Both the position numbers and the translations under genes were made by a program. A DNA stretch of 64,000 nt, from assembly GCA_977016875.1 (NCBI GenBank), contig CDRNST010000180.1, positions 930,001 through 994,000 on the forward strand. Direction: 5' to 3'. Below the pieces are notes generated by a model that saw only the letters and a list, made by a program, of their open reading frames with translations, was not told the DNA's origin and made no database searches. How positions within the stretch are numbered: the first letter of the stretch is position 1; every line of letters starts with the position of its first letter. This DNA comes from Pavona decussata. Lineage: Eukaryota. Below, piece by piece: positions 25,392 through 39,099 of the stretch.

Positions 25392-28300
25392 TGCTGAAGG
25401 TTTTTTAAGTTAAGCGCTAAACTTAATCATACGGAAAAAACATTCAAGTGTTTCTATTTTGTGACTTAAGGACTATATGTAAATTTGTACCCATGGGGAG
25501 TGCGAGAATAGTTTTGATTACAAACAAAAAACGTGCTCACGGTCATTAATATTTGATTCAACAATTACTGAAATGGGGTACGAACGACAAACGAGGACTA
25601 TTCAATAAAATAATAGAATGTTTTGTTAGGAACGAATAAAACCCTATTCATCAACGGGTTTCTTACTTAGATCCTTAACTAGCTACAGTTTACTAGTTTA
25701 GTCCATTTCCAATTGTTTTATCATTAGTGCCGGCGTGCGGCTAGAGCGAGTCCTAGTTACCAGTGGACAGGGGCACAAATGGCGGGAAAAACATGCGCGC
25801 CGCGCAACTGCCCCAGGCTAAATTTGTCAAACTCCCTGGCACTGTAGAGACTCAAACAATATTGATAATTTCGCTCTTAAAATCTTTGATATTTTTTCCT
25901 CATTTGACCTCGCTCTGATCAATATTAAGTTCAATTTATTGTGAAGCAAATACGGCAAGTGCAAAGTTTTTATTATGTTAATTAGTTCCCATTCCTATCC
26001 AAACAAAACTAATTTTAAAAGCTTTGACCTCGCATTCATAATGAGGTTCACAACAACTCGAAATTAGCCATATTTGGCAGACTTATTATCATGTGCGAAA
26101 CACATCATAGTTCGAATTATTTCATGACTTTATTCTACTGTCAGCTATTTAAATTGCTAGAAGCAACCGAACAGGTCAAATTCTTGGTTATGTTCAAAAT
26201 ATAAATACAAAACTATGATTACTCTGTCGTGGTAATCAATCTGTATGCCAAAATAGAACTTACTTGGAGTAGTTAAAATTTTCAGATTTTATAAATTCTC
26301 ACTCAGCAAACTTTTCGACCAAGCTTTTCAAATATTTCACGGTGATCTCCCTGCACAAAATGTACTTACTATACAGTGTCTATGCTTGTATTAAAAACTG
26401 GATCATTGCATGTAATTCCAGGGATTTGATTGGCTCAACCACCATGTTATATGAGCCATTATACCATGCTTGAGAAACAGCGACCATTAAATTGTCTTCT
26501 GTTTGTCAGCAAGATTTAGCAATATTTCTTGATTGTTTTTAGTCTTTTTAATAAAATTATTCCACTCGTACTTGTTTAATATGAGATGATTATTATAGCC
26601 AACTCTCCAACGCACGTTCGTGGAATAATTGTTAATTTTGCGCTCTTAAATGCAGAACTTGCAGGATCCGCCAAAGTGCAATCCCCTACATGTACAGTCA
26701 ACTGACAACGGGATCTTTCGAACTCAAATTGCAATGACCAGCAAAATCACGAAAATTCCCACTCTGCAAGCCCTGATCATGACATTTAACATGAACTAGA
26801 GGTTCCTCGCAGAAGGTTAAGAGCTGCAAGCGGGTGTGTCATGTGTGGCTGTCACATGCACGTACATTTGTTTGACACAACAGACACTTTCAACGAGCTA
26901 GCCTGCTTGCTGGCAGGCTATCAACGAGCGTGACATAGTGTGACACGAACTTGAAGAGAGAAAAATCCTCCTAAAGAAAAAATGACTGACAAAACACGAA
27001 AAAAAAAATGCAGGCAAGGACACTAGTACCTCCTCAGTTCATGTTTTTGATGGTTTTCCGGGGTTTTGGACCAGATATTAATTTGGTTTGATTTAATACG
27101 TTAGCCAAAAACAACATTCGCTCAGTTTAGATTATTTGTGACCATAATGACCCGCCAACCGGCAGTTTGCCACATTGAACACTGACCATAATGGCTCTGT
27201 ATTCGTGAGATCGATACTTTCGATCAACAGGCGTGAGACAGCCTCGTGCATGCATGCATAATATGAGTGTGATTTGGCCGGTTTCAGTTCGTTTGTCACA
27301 CTCGTAAGCATTATTTTCGATATATTTAGCTTCTTGGCACTCCAGTAAAACGTTCGGACAATTACTTTCAGTGAGAAACAGCAAATTAATTGGAAAATTA
27401 CTCACCAAATCCTGAAATTCTGGAGACAAGCGTGGATCAAAAACGTGAGAGAAAAACGCAGTTTTAGTGTACAGCGGTGTTGTTAAAGAAAACATTCATG
27501 AAAGCGAGGCAAAAGCCAACAACTCGGGATATCAGCTATGCTGCTCGCAGCAACAACGAAATCTTTCCAACTCACATTGCAATCAATCTGGAAAAATATT
27601 AATAACGCAAATTCCCGCTCTGTAAACCCTGGTACCTGAACCACAAACTAAAATAAAAAAGAACGAGCAACAACTACGTGCATGAAATAATCTTTATTTA
27701 CACTTCGCTGAAATATATACAATGAATTGTTTTAAATTAATTGTCAGCTTGCTGGCTGAATGGAACCTCCAATAAAGAGTTATATTCATTTATGCAGTAT
27801 TTTTTTTTTTAACCCTTTGAGCTCCAGTATTGACTAGCTTGTAATTTCTCCTAACCATAACGGTACTTAACTAATTAAAGCACAGAGACCACGAGAAAAA
27901 AAGAAATGATCACCAAATACAAGATGTCTTGATCTTTAAGCAAATTCTCTTTACTAGCACCATAAGGAATGTATGGAGGACCGTCAGGAGAATATGCGTG
28001 TTAATCATGTATGGATGCAGCAACAGTAAGCTGAGCCCGTTTCTCCAAAGTCCCAATAACTTTTCGCGCTCGACAAGTATATTCTCAAATCCGCTTTTTA
28101 TCGAGTTTTCGTAACTTTACATCAGTTCAATCTACAAAATTATAAAAATTTCAGACTATTTGCGTTAAAAATCAATTCATCAATTCATACATTAGACTCT
28201 TACAATTTGTTATCCTTTTTTTTATTCTAAGTATTCTTCACTATTTCCGAATAAAGCCAATCGATACCAAATAATGATGACAATTATTTTCTCGTATGAC

Positions 28301-29013
28301 TTCCTGTATAACGAATGACATTTGTGTACAATTTTTTTTTTAATTTAATAAAGAGAAAGATGGAAAGTATGAAACTAGGCTATGTGATACATAGCAGGTG
28401 TATTCGATACCAATCGGCAACGACAATTGCCTCGTCCAAAGGCGTTTCTTTTCAGTCGAACGCAGTGCGCATGGTGTTGTGGAAATGTTGCGTTTCGCGT
28501 CCCGTCAGGCCACACGTCACTATTTTCCCGCCCTTTTCACGAAATGCGTTGGAGCCTGGGGCCAAGTCAGAATGTCAAAAGCGTCAAATGTGGTGATTAG
28601 GAAAGAAAACACGGAAAAGTGTCACTCAGACGTGCAAAACACAAACACACTGAGTTATAATCAGTTGAATATAACTACAGAGGCATGGGAATTCTTTGAG
28701 ACGAGAGAACGTAATTTCTCGTTTCCGGACTACAGTCACTCGGCTTCCAGACAGCTCGAAAAAAAAAGGCTCAAAATGATTGAAATGGTTCAAAAAGGAT
28801 GAAAGTATTGCATTCACCTAAAACAAGGAAATAAATATAACTTAAAACCTCTTCAAGGAGGTAAAAGAAATGAGACTGATAAAGTCTAAATTAAATTAAA
28901 TTTTCCTTTTCATACATTCCATATTATACATCTTATAAACTTAAATTAAACCTAAATAACCTTAACTGAATTTCTATTTACAAAATCATATTACTAAGCC
29001 ACGTGACTGAATG

Positions 29014-32000
29014 TTAATCGCTGTCGCTTCCTGATTCACTCAGCTGAAGATCTTCACCTGTGTGGAAGAAAAAAAAATCCTAGCATTGAATTTTCTCCGA
29101 AATAAAGGGATAAGACGCATTCTCGACCCGGCTCTGGGGTCGAAAATAGATAAGACGCCTAAAGACGGTGCTCCCTAATACAAGGGGGGGTTATTGCGCA
29201 GTTTATGACTACTTGAAATGAAGCTTGATTATCTCTGAAAAAAAAAAAAAACCCGAGGTTATCATACCACAGCTTTTACTAAGATCTTCTTTTCCCGCTT
29301 AGTCATACGCCACACAAGAATGCCTTAAGTTTGTGTTAGGAAGTACCGGCTTTAAAAAAAAAAAAATAAGAAATAAGACTGAAACCCGAGTTTCTCGGAG
29401 TATCCCGAGATCCCGCCACAGAACACATGCGCAGTAGTAGAAAGAAGCACCGTCCTTAAATGGTAATTAAATACACTGTATAAACAATTTCCCGGCATTT
29501 GTCTGTTGCCAGTGACTCTCCTCAATTGACGATTGATGGTAAAAAAAAAATCTTCTCTCTCAGCTCACTCTCTTTCTCTAGAGAACGACAGAAAGTCATT
29601 AAGACCGATTCGTGTAGCAAGCCAACGACATGGAGAATATGCTTGTTCATATTGGGACATAAACGATTAAGCTGTGTCGGGGATTTTTTTTGTATCAGTC
29701 TTCAGAGAAAAGTTAAAAAAAAAAGCGATTTGCAGTTTGACGATTGATTTCTGTCCGCTTTTTCTTTCTTTCTCATTTTTTTATTTTTATTTTTTGTATT
29801 TTTCGCACCCTGGAAGAGAAAAATACGCGATCATTGTGAAAGTGAGTCTTTTTTCAGACGGTTTCCTTGCGTGTGCTGACCCGTTCTCTAACATGACTGC
29901 ATCAACAAGTCACCCTGGTGCACTACAATCAACGCTTGCGGCTTCGAAAACTGAAAACGCTTCGTTATCGATTAAAAGAAAGAACAAAAACCTCTGTTAT
30001 AGCCAAGCACTAAGGCTTCCGGAGCTGTTCTCAGTCCCCCGCGCGTACCTCGCGCTCGCCCGTTGAGCGAGACAAGGAGGACCCCTAGGAATACGGCTGC
30101 TGTGCGAATTTCTATCTAGCAACTGTACAATACAAAGAAACTCGCAGCCTGTTTCATTTCTTCCATTGGTCGCATCGTGAATTCAAAAATTGACTGTAAT
30201 TTTTCTGAGAAGTCCAAGCAGAATAAACTCACTGACACTTCTGACAAGCCGCAGAGATGGCAATTTCATGTACACATATTAATCTTCTCAAACCGTCTGG
30301 TAACTTTCCAGGATCTTCTTTATGTGTAATTTTTAATTTTTATTCCGACAAACTAACACTAACGCCGTGTAGTGGTCTGTTAGATCGATCGATTAAGGCC
30401 TCGATAAAGAAGAGTGTCTGGGATGCCAGAGATTTTGTCCACCGAAACGGAAATTTTTTCCCCCAGTTAACAGCAATGTCATAATTTTGACCATCGCCAT
30501 CTCTCTAAAAATATACCAACCAATCAGACTAGTTTTCAGTTTTCAAAACCTGTCGTGAATCATAAGTTAAATCAAGGTTTCTTTTTCAGCAAAGAAAACT
30601 GTCTAGCAGATTGAAGATTGTTCAGTCCACTTACACTCGGCCGGTTCGACGTATAAAAACGACCCTGGTGTTACTAGTGCAATACAAGATTCGCTATCGT
30701 GCTGGCCAGCTTGGCCTAATATTTTTTTTCTTTCTCACTGTCCATATCAAGAAGTGCAATTTTTATTTAAAACTCGGGGAGAAATTATCAGTGGGTAAAA
30801 TTTCGAGTTGGGAAAAAAAACACAGGAACTCCTCGTGCCACGTTGCCCCAAATGTAAGCATTTGTCTACATGCACAGGGCGCAGAGGAGTCAAATTTGAT
30901 GTAAATTCCGGCTCAATTTCCTGGAAAATTGCAGCGATTTTGTTGATTAAAATACTGATCGAACAAAGCGTCACGGGATCTTATTATGCGTCTGTAACAA
31001 GTAAATGTAAATTACGAGGAAATGTAAATATAACAAGTAAATGTAACATTATCTTGGAGATAATCTTTCAACAGACGCTTAATAATATCCCATGACACTT
31101 TGCTCGATCACGTTCTTGTGTTTTCATCAACAAAATCGGTTTGCACCGCAATTTTCCAGGGAATTTAGCCGGAATTTACATCAAATTTGACTTCTCTGGG
31201 CCCTGTGCACATGTGGCGAACAGGTAGCACACGTGCACACGCGTACATGTCAAGTTTGTTCACGCCCCGTTTTTCGAGATAAAAGCACCGAGCCACAAGG
31301 GAACGACTGATTGAACTTTGCCCAGCGAAGACATAACATCACATCTCTTTCTCAGCAAAATAGTTCAGTTTGCTCAAAAGGTACCCCCGTGTAACTGCGA
31401 CATGGTTCCAATAACGAAAAGGCAAGAACTGTCATCTCCCTTCAATGCTAGAAGAATACGGATTACGTACACCACAGATGTTTCCGAGGCTGAAAGATGG
31501 CTGAGAGTTCATATCTTAGATTGCTCTGTTGCGGCCGTTGGCTTTGATATCGAGTGGCAACCTCAATTTGTCAGCAAGAAAAACGGTGGCACGGAAAACG
31601 AAACCGCCGTCCTTCAGTTAGCGGTTGAAGCTTCTTGTTTAGTTCTACATATTTGTCACATGCCAACGTTGCCAAGGTCGCTTGCTTTGCTTCTTTCAGA
31701 TGAAAATATCGTCAAAGTTGGAAGTGGTGTAGAGAAAGATGGTTTAAAACTCGAAAGAGATACAGGATTGGTCATGAAGAACTTGGTTGACATCCAACGG
31801 ATGGCAAAAGAACTGTGTCCGGGATTACAGAGAACAGGAATAAAATCACTAGCGAAACACCTTCTTGGAATCGAGATTGACAAAAGTGAAGCAATGAGCG
31901 ACTGGGAAGAGGTCCCTCTTGAGCCATCGCAGATTGAGTACGCTGCCCTAGATGCGTGGTTTGGATTGAAAATCTTCCGAGAATTGGAAAAACGCCGACT

Positions 32001-34250
32001 GCGTTTGCAAGGAGAAAGTATCGATACAACCGGACCTTTTCAAGAAGAACTGCACGTGTACGACCAAGAAACCCAAACTAAAACTCTTGATAAATGTCCC
32101 ATGATATGCCTTGTACTCTCGATACTCTTGGGAATTCTGGCGAGTTTCTTGTTTTCTCACTCGTGACTGAAGAAACTTACATGCGTTGTAAGCGTCCGCG
32201 CGTTCAAACAGCGAAAAACGCGCAAAACCCATTGAAACGCTTGCTAACTGGAATACGAGCATCTGATTGGCTGTCATCGTTTGAACACTAGCACGTGCGC
32301 ATGCGTTATCGTTGAAAAGCTCAGTTTTGTTTTTGCTTCTTGTCTTGCCTATAAATTATAACTGCCTATAAATAAAATAACTTTAAAAACAGTTTGTGTT
32401 AATTATTCTGTTTTGTAATATGTTATCCAGATCGAAAACAGAGCAGTTTTTTTTGTTTGCATTTTGGGGGAAGAGAATTACAATGTCGTAACTTCTTGAT
32501 ATTTACTTGTATGTGTCACTGCATAAAATTACCTTTCTTACAGGAAATTAACGCTTGTGTTTGAAATAAACGCGATTTAAGGGGGAAATTTAGTTTGAAA
32601 TAATGAAAATTCACCCAAGCGAGAAGGCTCAATTTCCAAATGCAGGAAAGAAATGCAAGCGCGGAGGTCTCGTATTCTATCAAGTATCTACTACCATCAA
32701 ATCTACTAGTGTTCTATCACGAATGCCGTTCTCTGATTGGCTACGCTACTCGCTATCTATTCTGTAATAGATAGTGAGTAGCGGTTTTCAACAAATGGCG
32801 GCCGCTTCCTCGCGTTTTCGAAGTGTCTGCGATGAGGAAATAGATAATTTACTTGTTTAGTTTTGAACGACAAGTAGATTTATACTAGAACAATTAGATT
32901 ATTCGCTCTCGATTCCTATGCATGATACCTGATTCGGGCTGCGCCCTCATCAGCTATCACGCGATAGAAATCGAGAGCGAATAATCTAATTGTTAAAGAA
33001 AAAACGTTCATGTTTCAAAAGCCATTTTCATGACCATTTCGTCCTAAGTACACTGAAACAAGCAGCCAAGAATTAAAAAAGAAAAAAGAAAGACAAAAAA
33101 ATGAAGCAAACAGAAAAGATCATAGTATGAGTTAACCTAAAGTATTCTGAACAACATATTCAGACGTTGAAAACTTCTGCTACACAAAGAGAGTTGCTGT
33201 TTTACTTTTGAATTGCTTCTACAGTACTAAGGAATTTGGCAAACAACCAATAACAACTGAATCAATAAAGCCGTGGAAATAAACTCTCCACTTCATTAAG
33301 GTCAGTGAAATTAACGCTCAAACGAAATAACGCATTTTTTTAAAAAATTTGCATTAACTTCATGAGGCATTTAAAATTTCCTGCAAAAAACAGCAATTTA
33401 AAAAGACGCTCCCGGGTCAGGTCTGAATAGTACTGTACCAAGGGAATTCCTCCAAGAAACAGGACTTATACTTACAGAGCGTGTTGAAACCTTCTTCTTT
33501 TTTGGCTAAAAGATCTTTTTCAACCATCTAACAAGAAATAATTATTAGTACAAAGTCAGTTCCCCATGATGTCAGTTTTCAGACTCCTTGGTTTCCAATT
33601 GATTGGAAAAGTATTGTACTGTGACAAACCACATGCAATACTTTCCTATATCCAACATTAATTTACTATTACTGAAAGTATTGTACTGTGACAAACCACA
33701 TGCAATACTTTCCTATATCCCAACATAAATTTGTTACTACCGAAATTGCAGTTATGACTTCAGTTGTTATTCTTTTCAGGTTGTATTAAATTTCAACAGG
33801 AAGATAGACTAGAATCACTAAATGCTTGTCGAAATACTTGCTACTGAAGGAGTAAAACTACAAAAAATGATTGCATGACAATGTTTTGATGTATCTATTA
33901 AACGACATTAACAAGTAAATGAGAGCCAAGGTGAAAGAGTAGACTAGAAACCTACAGTAAAGAAAAGACCAGATTCTCCCGCAGATAGTTAAACGAAATA
34001 AATGAAACTCAGTTATAACCCAGTAAGTGAAAAAAAGACCGATATCAAAGGGGGGCCCAAGTTTTTCTTTTTAACAATGTGGGGGCATTGAAGGTAACAG
34101 GTTTAATCTATGCTTAGAAGTCTGTATTTGCTGAATACAACCGAATACAATAATCCTTGCTCTTTCCTAACATTCCTACAGCTCAAGAAAAATGCTGAGT
34201 ATTTTTGCAAACATGTCTACAATATCATCATCCTCCTCCTCCTCCTCATT

Positions 34251-34302
<52 letters not shown>

Positions 34303-37300
34303 CCATGTTTATTTAAAAACACTGCCACAGTAAATACATCAGGCATTAACAATTTAATATAAAAGCTACAACTTATTACAAGAGACTATGTATACAGATT
34401 AATCTTTAAAATATTGCTAACTATTAAAGAAAAGTAAACTAAACTTACGCTAGCCATTAAGCTGTTAAGCTTTTCGACATCTTTCTCGTCAAACTCATCA
34501 CCATCTTCATTTTCGTCTTTCTCTGAATCAGAGCTATCACTGGATGATGATGCACTAGACTCAGGTTCAGCAACAGGAACAGGATTTTCCAGTTTGGAGC
34601 TTGTTTCCTATCAAATGAATATGAAGTCTTTCTAAGAAGTAAGTAAGACAGTCCAAACAAATTTCTGGCAAACAAAAGTCATACGCAGACTCAAGGACTG
34701 AGACAAACCAACCAGAAATTCCACAAAGTCCGCTATGCACCGCCATGCTCAAACATGATGCCACAATGGGGTGCTCTGTGCATGCGCTAACCACTAAGAG
34801 CTGCTGACCACCCATTGAATGCCAGCTTTTCTTTGTTGCTAACTTAGTTAAATTTAACTGCACAAAACCAGTCAGAACACCCATTCTGGGCTTATTTTAA
34901 GAAACTTAAATTAGATCTTAAGACTAAGTCAGCCGTTTATTTACTGTTACATGTAAAGAACAGATACCTGAGTGCTTGGGGTAGAAGGCACTGGGCTGGA
35001 ATTCTTAACAGGTGAAGCCTGTTTTGATGTTTTCTTTTCCACTGGTTTCTTCTTGGTTTTGTTTTTCTGGGATTTTGATAGAGTTGCTGTTGAAGGGGTC
35101 ACGGGGACCTTCACTGGCTTGGATGTTTGATTTGAAGACCTAAACAATATCACAACAAAAAATTGACAGTCAAATGCTAAATAGACTGTTCACAGTTCCC
35201 TATTTTTCCATGGTATTTTCGAGATTTGTACCCTTCGGTTGAACTCCCGCCATCAATTTGTAAAGGGGAGCGCAACCTGGGAAGAGTGTCTGAACTACAT
35301 GTACCAAGGGGAACTCTTGTCAGGGTATGTTGAGCAGGGGAAGAGGAGCATTTTTCTGCTGCCTCCTCACTCCCGCTCCCCTCGGTAGTTTTGACCCTCT
35401 CCCCAGGTTGCCTTCGCTGTTAAACCAAGATGGTGGGAGTTTGATCGAAGCGTACACTGTACGAGTCTTGAAAATCCCACAGAAAAATAGGGGACTGTGA
35501 ACAGTCTAATGCTAAATAACTGAACTACAGGTAAAATAGGTACATCTAGGTTTGCACTAATACCGGGGCTGCAATATTTACCACAGTTTTGAAGTAACAA
35601 TATAATATTATTGAGATCACATACAAATATGTTGTACAGTGTATGAAAAATCATCCTTGCACTAAAATATTGTTAAATTGTTACAATAACTACAGTATGT
35701 TAAAAGAGCACAACCACAACAAACATGTAAATTATAACAACAAAAGTTTACACACACCTCACTTTCTTTAGCTGTGGAACATTTGACTCAATTCTTTCCA
35801 ATGTAAATGTCTGAAATCAATTTTATTGAAAGCTTTTATTGCAGACAGTAAATATATACCTACACTGGTAATTAACTACACTGTTGTAAACAGTTTGAAC
35901 AACTTCATTAAATCCTGGTAAAATTACTACTACAAAAACGAAATCTTGACTGAGGTACAGTGAACATACAAAATGTTTACTTCCTGGGGGAGTTGCATCC
36001 CTAGGGATGTATCAACATCCATCAATTTTTTCACAAGTGCAGAGGCTCATTTGCTTACAAACTTTAGAATTTGCAGTTATAGCATATTTTATGGCCAGTT
36101 GCATGAATTTCCACAATACACTTACCTTTTTGTCTTTATCAACCACCAAAATAAATTCCTTCGTGCAGCTTCTTTTAGAACCCCGATAAACAGTAGTACC
36201 AGAATCCTGAAATTGGTATCAAATCATATACCACAGTCATGTATTAATTTTAAATATTTGTAAATAATTACGTAATTCAGCCTTCAGGCTGCGAAGTGAT
36301 TTTTAAATAAACTATCTATCTATCTATCTGTATCATTGTTATTATTATGTCTCAGTGGGAATTTCATGGGTTCACTTAGTACTACTGAGTACACTACCGG
36401 CACAGACTCAGTTAATTCTCTTATCCATCATTTGTGTCCTTAGTGCTAGCAGCACAACATTTATTTGTACCCTTTACATTCACATAGCCACAATTACCAA
36501 CAGAATTACCAGCGACTTGCTCCCGTCCGGCCTTGTAGCTCAGTCCACAGCTGGCCCAAGCTCATGTTAACAAATAAACGTGACTGGTAGCGATCAGTAC
36601 CGGACGTATTGTGTTAAATTTGAATTTATATACTAGGTTTATATGTGAAACCAACTGCTTTGTTTAAAACCGTAGAAATTTGAACGATTTCTCAATAAAA
36701 TTGACTTACCTTGACTCGTTGTTGTATTCTTTGTTGCTTGTCTGTTTTTCAAGTCGATTGGAGAGAAAGACAAGGCGAAACTCAAGATCTCAGGGTGCTC
36801 GCCCGCTTGAAGCCCGCGCAAGACGCGCGATGTGTCCGGATTTGAGTTCGATCAAACTGAGGGGACAGTTAATTATCTCTACTTTGATTCTGTGAAGGAA
36901 TTGGGGCAGTAGGATATGTTCAGTGGATTTTATGGCTTCGAGCGGGCAAGCACCCCGAGATCTTGAGTTTCGCCTTGTCTTTCTCTTAGGAGTGGATGTC
37001 AACAGAAACGATAACTCCCCGAAATTGCTTCCAATATAAATATATAAAGGAACACAATTACGCCCGGTACTGATCGCTACCAGTCACGTTTATTTCATAA
37101 CATGAGCTTGGGCCAACTGTGCTCAGTCAGTAAAGCAATGTTGATCCAATCCTGAGGTCATGGGTTCGATTCCGGCTGATGGGTCTTTGCCTTATGTGGT
37201 CTCCCATTTCCTCACTAGAGCTAATGCTCAGAGGGCCACTTACGTGACTAGCACTACAACATGCACTACAAGGTAAATTCTCTGATCCATCACATATGTT

Positions 37301-38759
37301 GTATTACATTTTCGATTGCTACTGGAGATAAGTTTACATTGTATGATTACCTGGACATGAGGAACAGTCACTGCGATTTCATCCTTTTCACCCACCACAA
37401 GTTCAGCTGGTCTTGTGGTGTCTACTGATGCTGGCTTGAAATCATCTATTAAGAAATCAGAACAAAATATATACCTGATAACAAACAAAGAACTAAAATG
37501 ATAAATTATTGACAAAAATAATCATGTTGAAAAGAGAGGAGACATCTTTATGCATTTGTTATAGCTCAGTCAATATATCAAATTATAAAGGAAATTTATA
37601 GGTTTAATAGAAAAGACATTAATTCTATTAGTACTTTTAGCCCTTGGGGTTGTATTTACAGCTGTAGGTACTACAGATTTGTATAAATACTACAACCTTG
37701 GTTAAGACATTGTTTAACAAAACCAGAGTCTACACCAATTTCAATCAGGTCAACCCAAATAACTAATTGTTGTCTAAGGTGAACAATGCCAGGAAGGCAA
37801 AATAATTAAACCAATCAACAGTAACCCCTTAGTTTTTCTTGAAACATTATGCACTGAAATTCATTGCATATAGTATATGAAAACTGTAAGAGAGTTTTGA
37901 CAGCAAGAGTTTGAACAAACCCTTGAAAACTCCAGCTATGTGTATCACTGACTTAGGCTTCAGCTATTTAGCTCTCAACAGCAAAACACTTGCATTGCAA
38001 TTTTAGTGGCCATGCAAGGGGAAGGGGGTCTGGGACCAACTTTTTTGTGAGCAAAAATAAGGGTTCATTACTTTGGTTCAGGATCAAAGATCCAAGATCA
38101 CTCAGATCACAGTGATCAAAGGAACCAATGAATCTGCTCTGGGCAAGGATTTGACGGTTCCTTTGATGCAGCGTGACCCGAGTTATCTTGGATCATTGAT
38201 CCTGAACCAAAGGAGCACACACTAAGACTCACAATGCAACATTTCAATAAACTCTGATATATTTTCAATGTGGGCTTTGATCTTGTTCACTCCATGGCCC
38301 CACCTTATGTGAGGTTCTGGATCCACCACCGGTGATCTGCAGCCCCCTTTTCTTTCAACTTTCTTTCATTTTCTTTCATTCACACATAAAACAAAAATAT
38401 TCTGAACTAAAGGGTACTGTCCTTCATTCCAAAGACAAAAATTACCAAAAAAGTATGGCAGTCAGACCAAAGAATTAGGAAGCTTATAATCTTTAACTTG
38501 GGGCTGTATGTAATGGGTTTCTTCGGCAACAGCTGTAAGACTTATATCAGCTTACATGAAAAGCTAATACGTGCACAACATTAACTATTTTTAGCCGCAA
38601 AAATAATAAATAGCACGGAAATTCAATCTTACATCGTATTGTGTGAAAGGCTGTCTTCGGTCCTCCTTTTGAATGAAAGCTATTCCCGAGTCTCAGTTCG
38701 TATTCACGATCACTGTTAAAAGGGAATTCTAATTCCTTATTGCCACTTGAAGCCGCCAT
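29014..38759 (-). CDS. EAF1: ELL-associated factor (EAF1/EAF2 family). Exons 38759-38633, 37445-37351, 36206-36126, 35810-35758, 35139-34968, 34607-34449, 33527-33476, 29057-29014
   Basis: Spliced product MAASSG...LRLGNSF...AFHTIRYDFKPASVDT...VYRGSKR...FTLERIESNVPQLKKVR, then a Ser/acidic region and the family C-terminus NTLCEDLQLSESGSDSD*; all GT-AG introns phase-consistent. Confidence 0.92.
30871..31209. mobile_element. MITE-like inverted repeat upstream of the exonuclease
   Basis: TGCACAGGGC..GTCAAATTTGATGTAAATTCCGGCT versus AGCCGGAATTTACATCAAATTTGAC..GCCCTGTGCA. Confidence 0.8.
31402..32166 (+). CDS. Intronless DEDDy 3'-5' exonuclease (WRN-exo/EXD2/WEX-like) with C-terminal hydrophobic helix; nested antisense in the last EAF intron
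   Basis: ExoI VGFDIEW, TAVLQLA, ExoII region KVGSGVEKDGLKL, ExoIII SDWE..PL...QIEYAALDAW; C-terminus MICLVLSILLGILASFLFSHS*. First ATG at 31402; the frame is open from 31318. Confidence 0.88.
   Translation: MVPITKRQELSSPFNARRIRITYTTDVSEAERWLRVHILDCSVAAVGFDIEWQPQFVSKKNGGTENETAVLQLAVEASCLVLHICHMPTLPRSLALLLSDENIVKVGSGVEKDGLKLERDTGLVMKNLVDIQRMAKELCPGLQRTGIKSLAKHLLGIEIDKSEAMSDWEEVPLEPSQIEYAALDAWFGLKIFRELEKRRLRLQGESIDTTGPFQEELHVYDQETQTKTLDKCPMICLVLSILLGILASFLFSHS
32889..32994. repeat. Palindromic end of a dispersed repeat
   Basis: AACAATTAGATTATTCGCTCTCGATT...AATCGAGAGCGAATAATCTAATTGTT. Confidence 0.8.
33608..33727. repeat. Local direct duplication of ~50 bp
   Basis: AAAGTATTGTACTGTGACAAACCACATGCAATACTTTCCTATATCC occurs twice about 67 bp apart. 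Confidence 0.9.
34224..34302. repeat. (ATC)n/(CTC)n microsatellite
   Basis: Direct reading. Confidence 0.95.
35182..35508. mobile_element. TAGAC...GTCTA non-autonomous element in an EAF intron
   Basis: TIR TAGACTGTTCACAGTTCCCTATTTTTC / GAAAAATAGGGGACTGTGAACAGTCTA; flanking repeat ATGCTAAA (8-9 bp, boundary ambiguous). Confidence 0.85.
36529..37235 (+). mobile_element. tRNA-derived SINE split by a DNA element
   Basis: A-box GGCCTTGTAGCTCAGTC at 36529-36545 resumes at 37122 with CTCAGTCAGTAAAGCA and B-box GGGTTCGATTCC. Confidence 0.65.
36546..37121. mobile_element. Foldback DNA element CACAG...CTGTG with 7-bp TSD and a nested second inverted repeat
   Basis: ~58-bp TIR; TSD CTCAGTC (36539-36545, 37122-37128); inner IR ~36762-36813 / 36934-36985. 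Confidence 0.85.
38071..38212. repeat. Palindromic MITE-like repeat
   Basis: CTTTGGTTCAGGATCAAAGATCCAAGAT ... ATCTTGGATCATTGATCCTGAACCAAAG. Confidence 0.8.
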
Positions 38760-39099
38760 GTTGAGAGATTTCAATAACATGAGCCTGCAGTACAGTTTGA
38801 AGTGTCTTCATTTAAAGAGCTTGCGCACGCGCACAGCATGTTTACTTTCAATATGGCGGCTGAGAGGTTGCTGCAACTTACGGAACAACAAAAACAAATA
38901 CATGTAGAAGTTGCAGAAAATACAGTTATGCATGTCTCCAATCTCCGACTATACTTAGAAAGGAGTAGCTGAAGGAGTCTGAAATTTAGACCCGTAAAGG
39001 CGGTGTAAATAGTGCCCGAAAATTCATTTGTCTTCATCAGTGGTGAGATGAAGCTCGGAGCCTTGGTTCCCGATGAACTTGCCTGTTGATATCTGAGGA
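38760..39099. promoter_or_regulatory. Probable bidirectional promoter EAF/GTDC1
   Basis: Divergent start codons 340 bp apart; NRF1-like TGCGCACGCGCA at ~38822 and YY1-like ATGGCGGC on both strands. Confidence 0.6.

Noticed and set aside
27127-30066. ORFs 27127-27495, 28398-28802 and 29674-30066
   Set aside because: No motifs or splice support; probably intergenic, UTR or intron noise.
34110-34316. Poly-Ile ORF (and YLFI-repeat ORF at 5595-5801)
   Set aside because: Translations of microsatellites.
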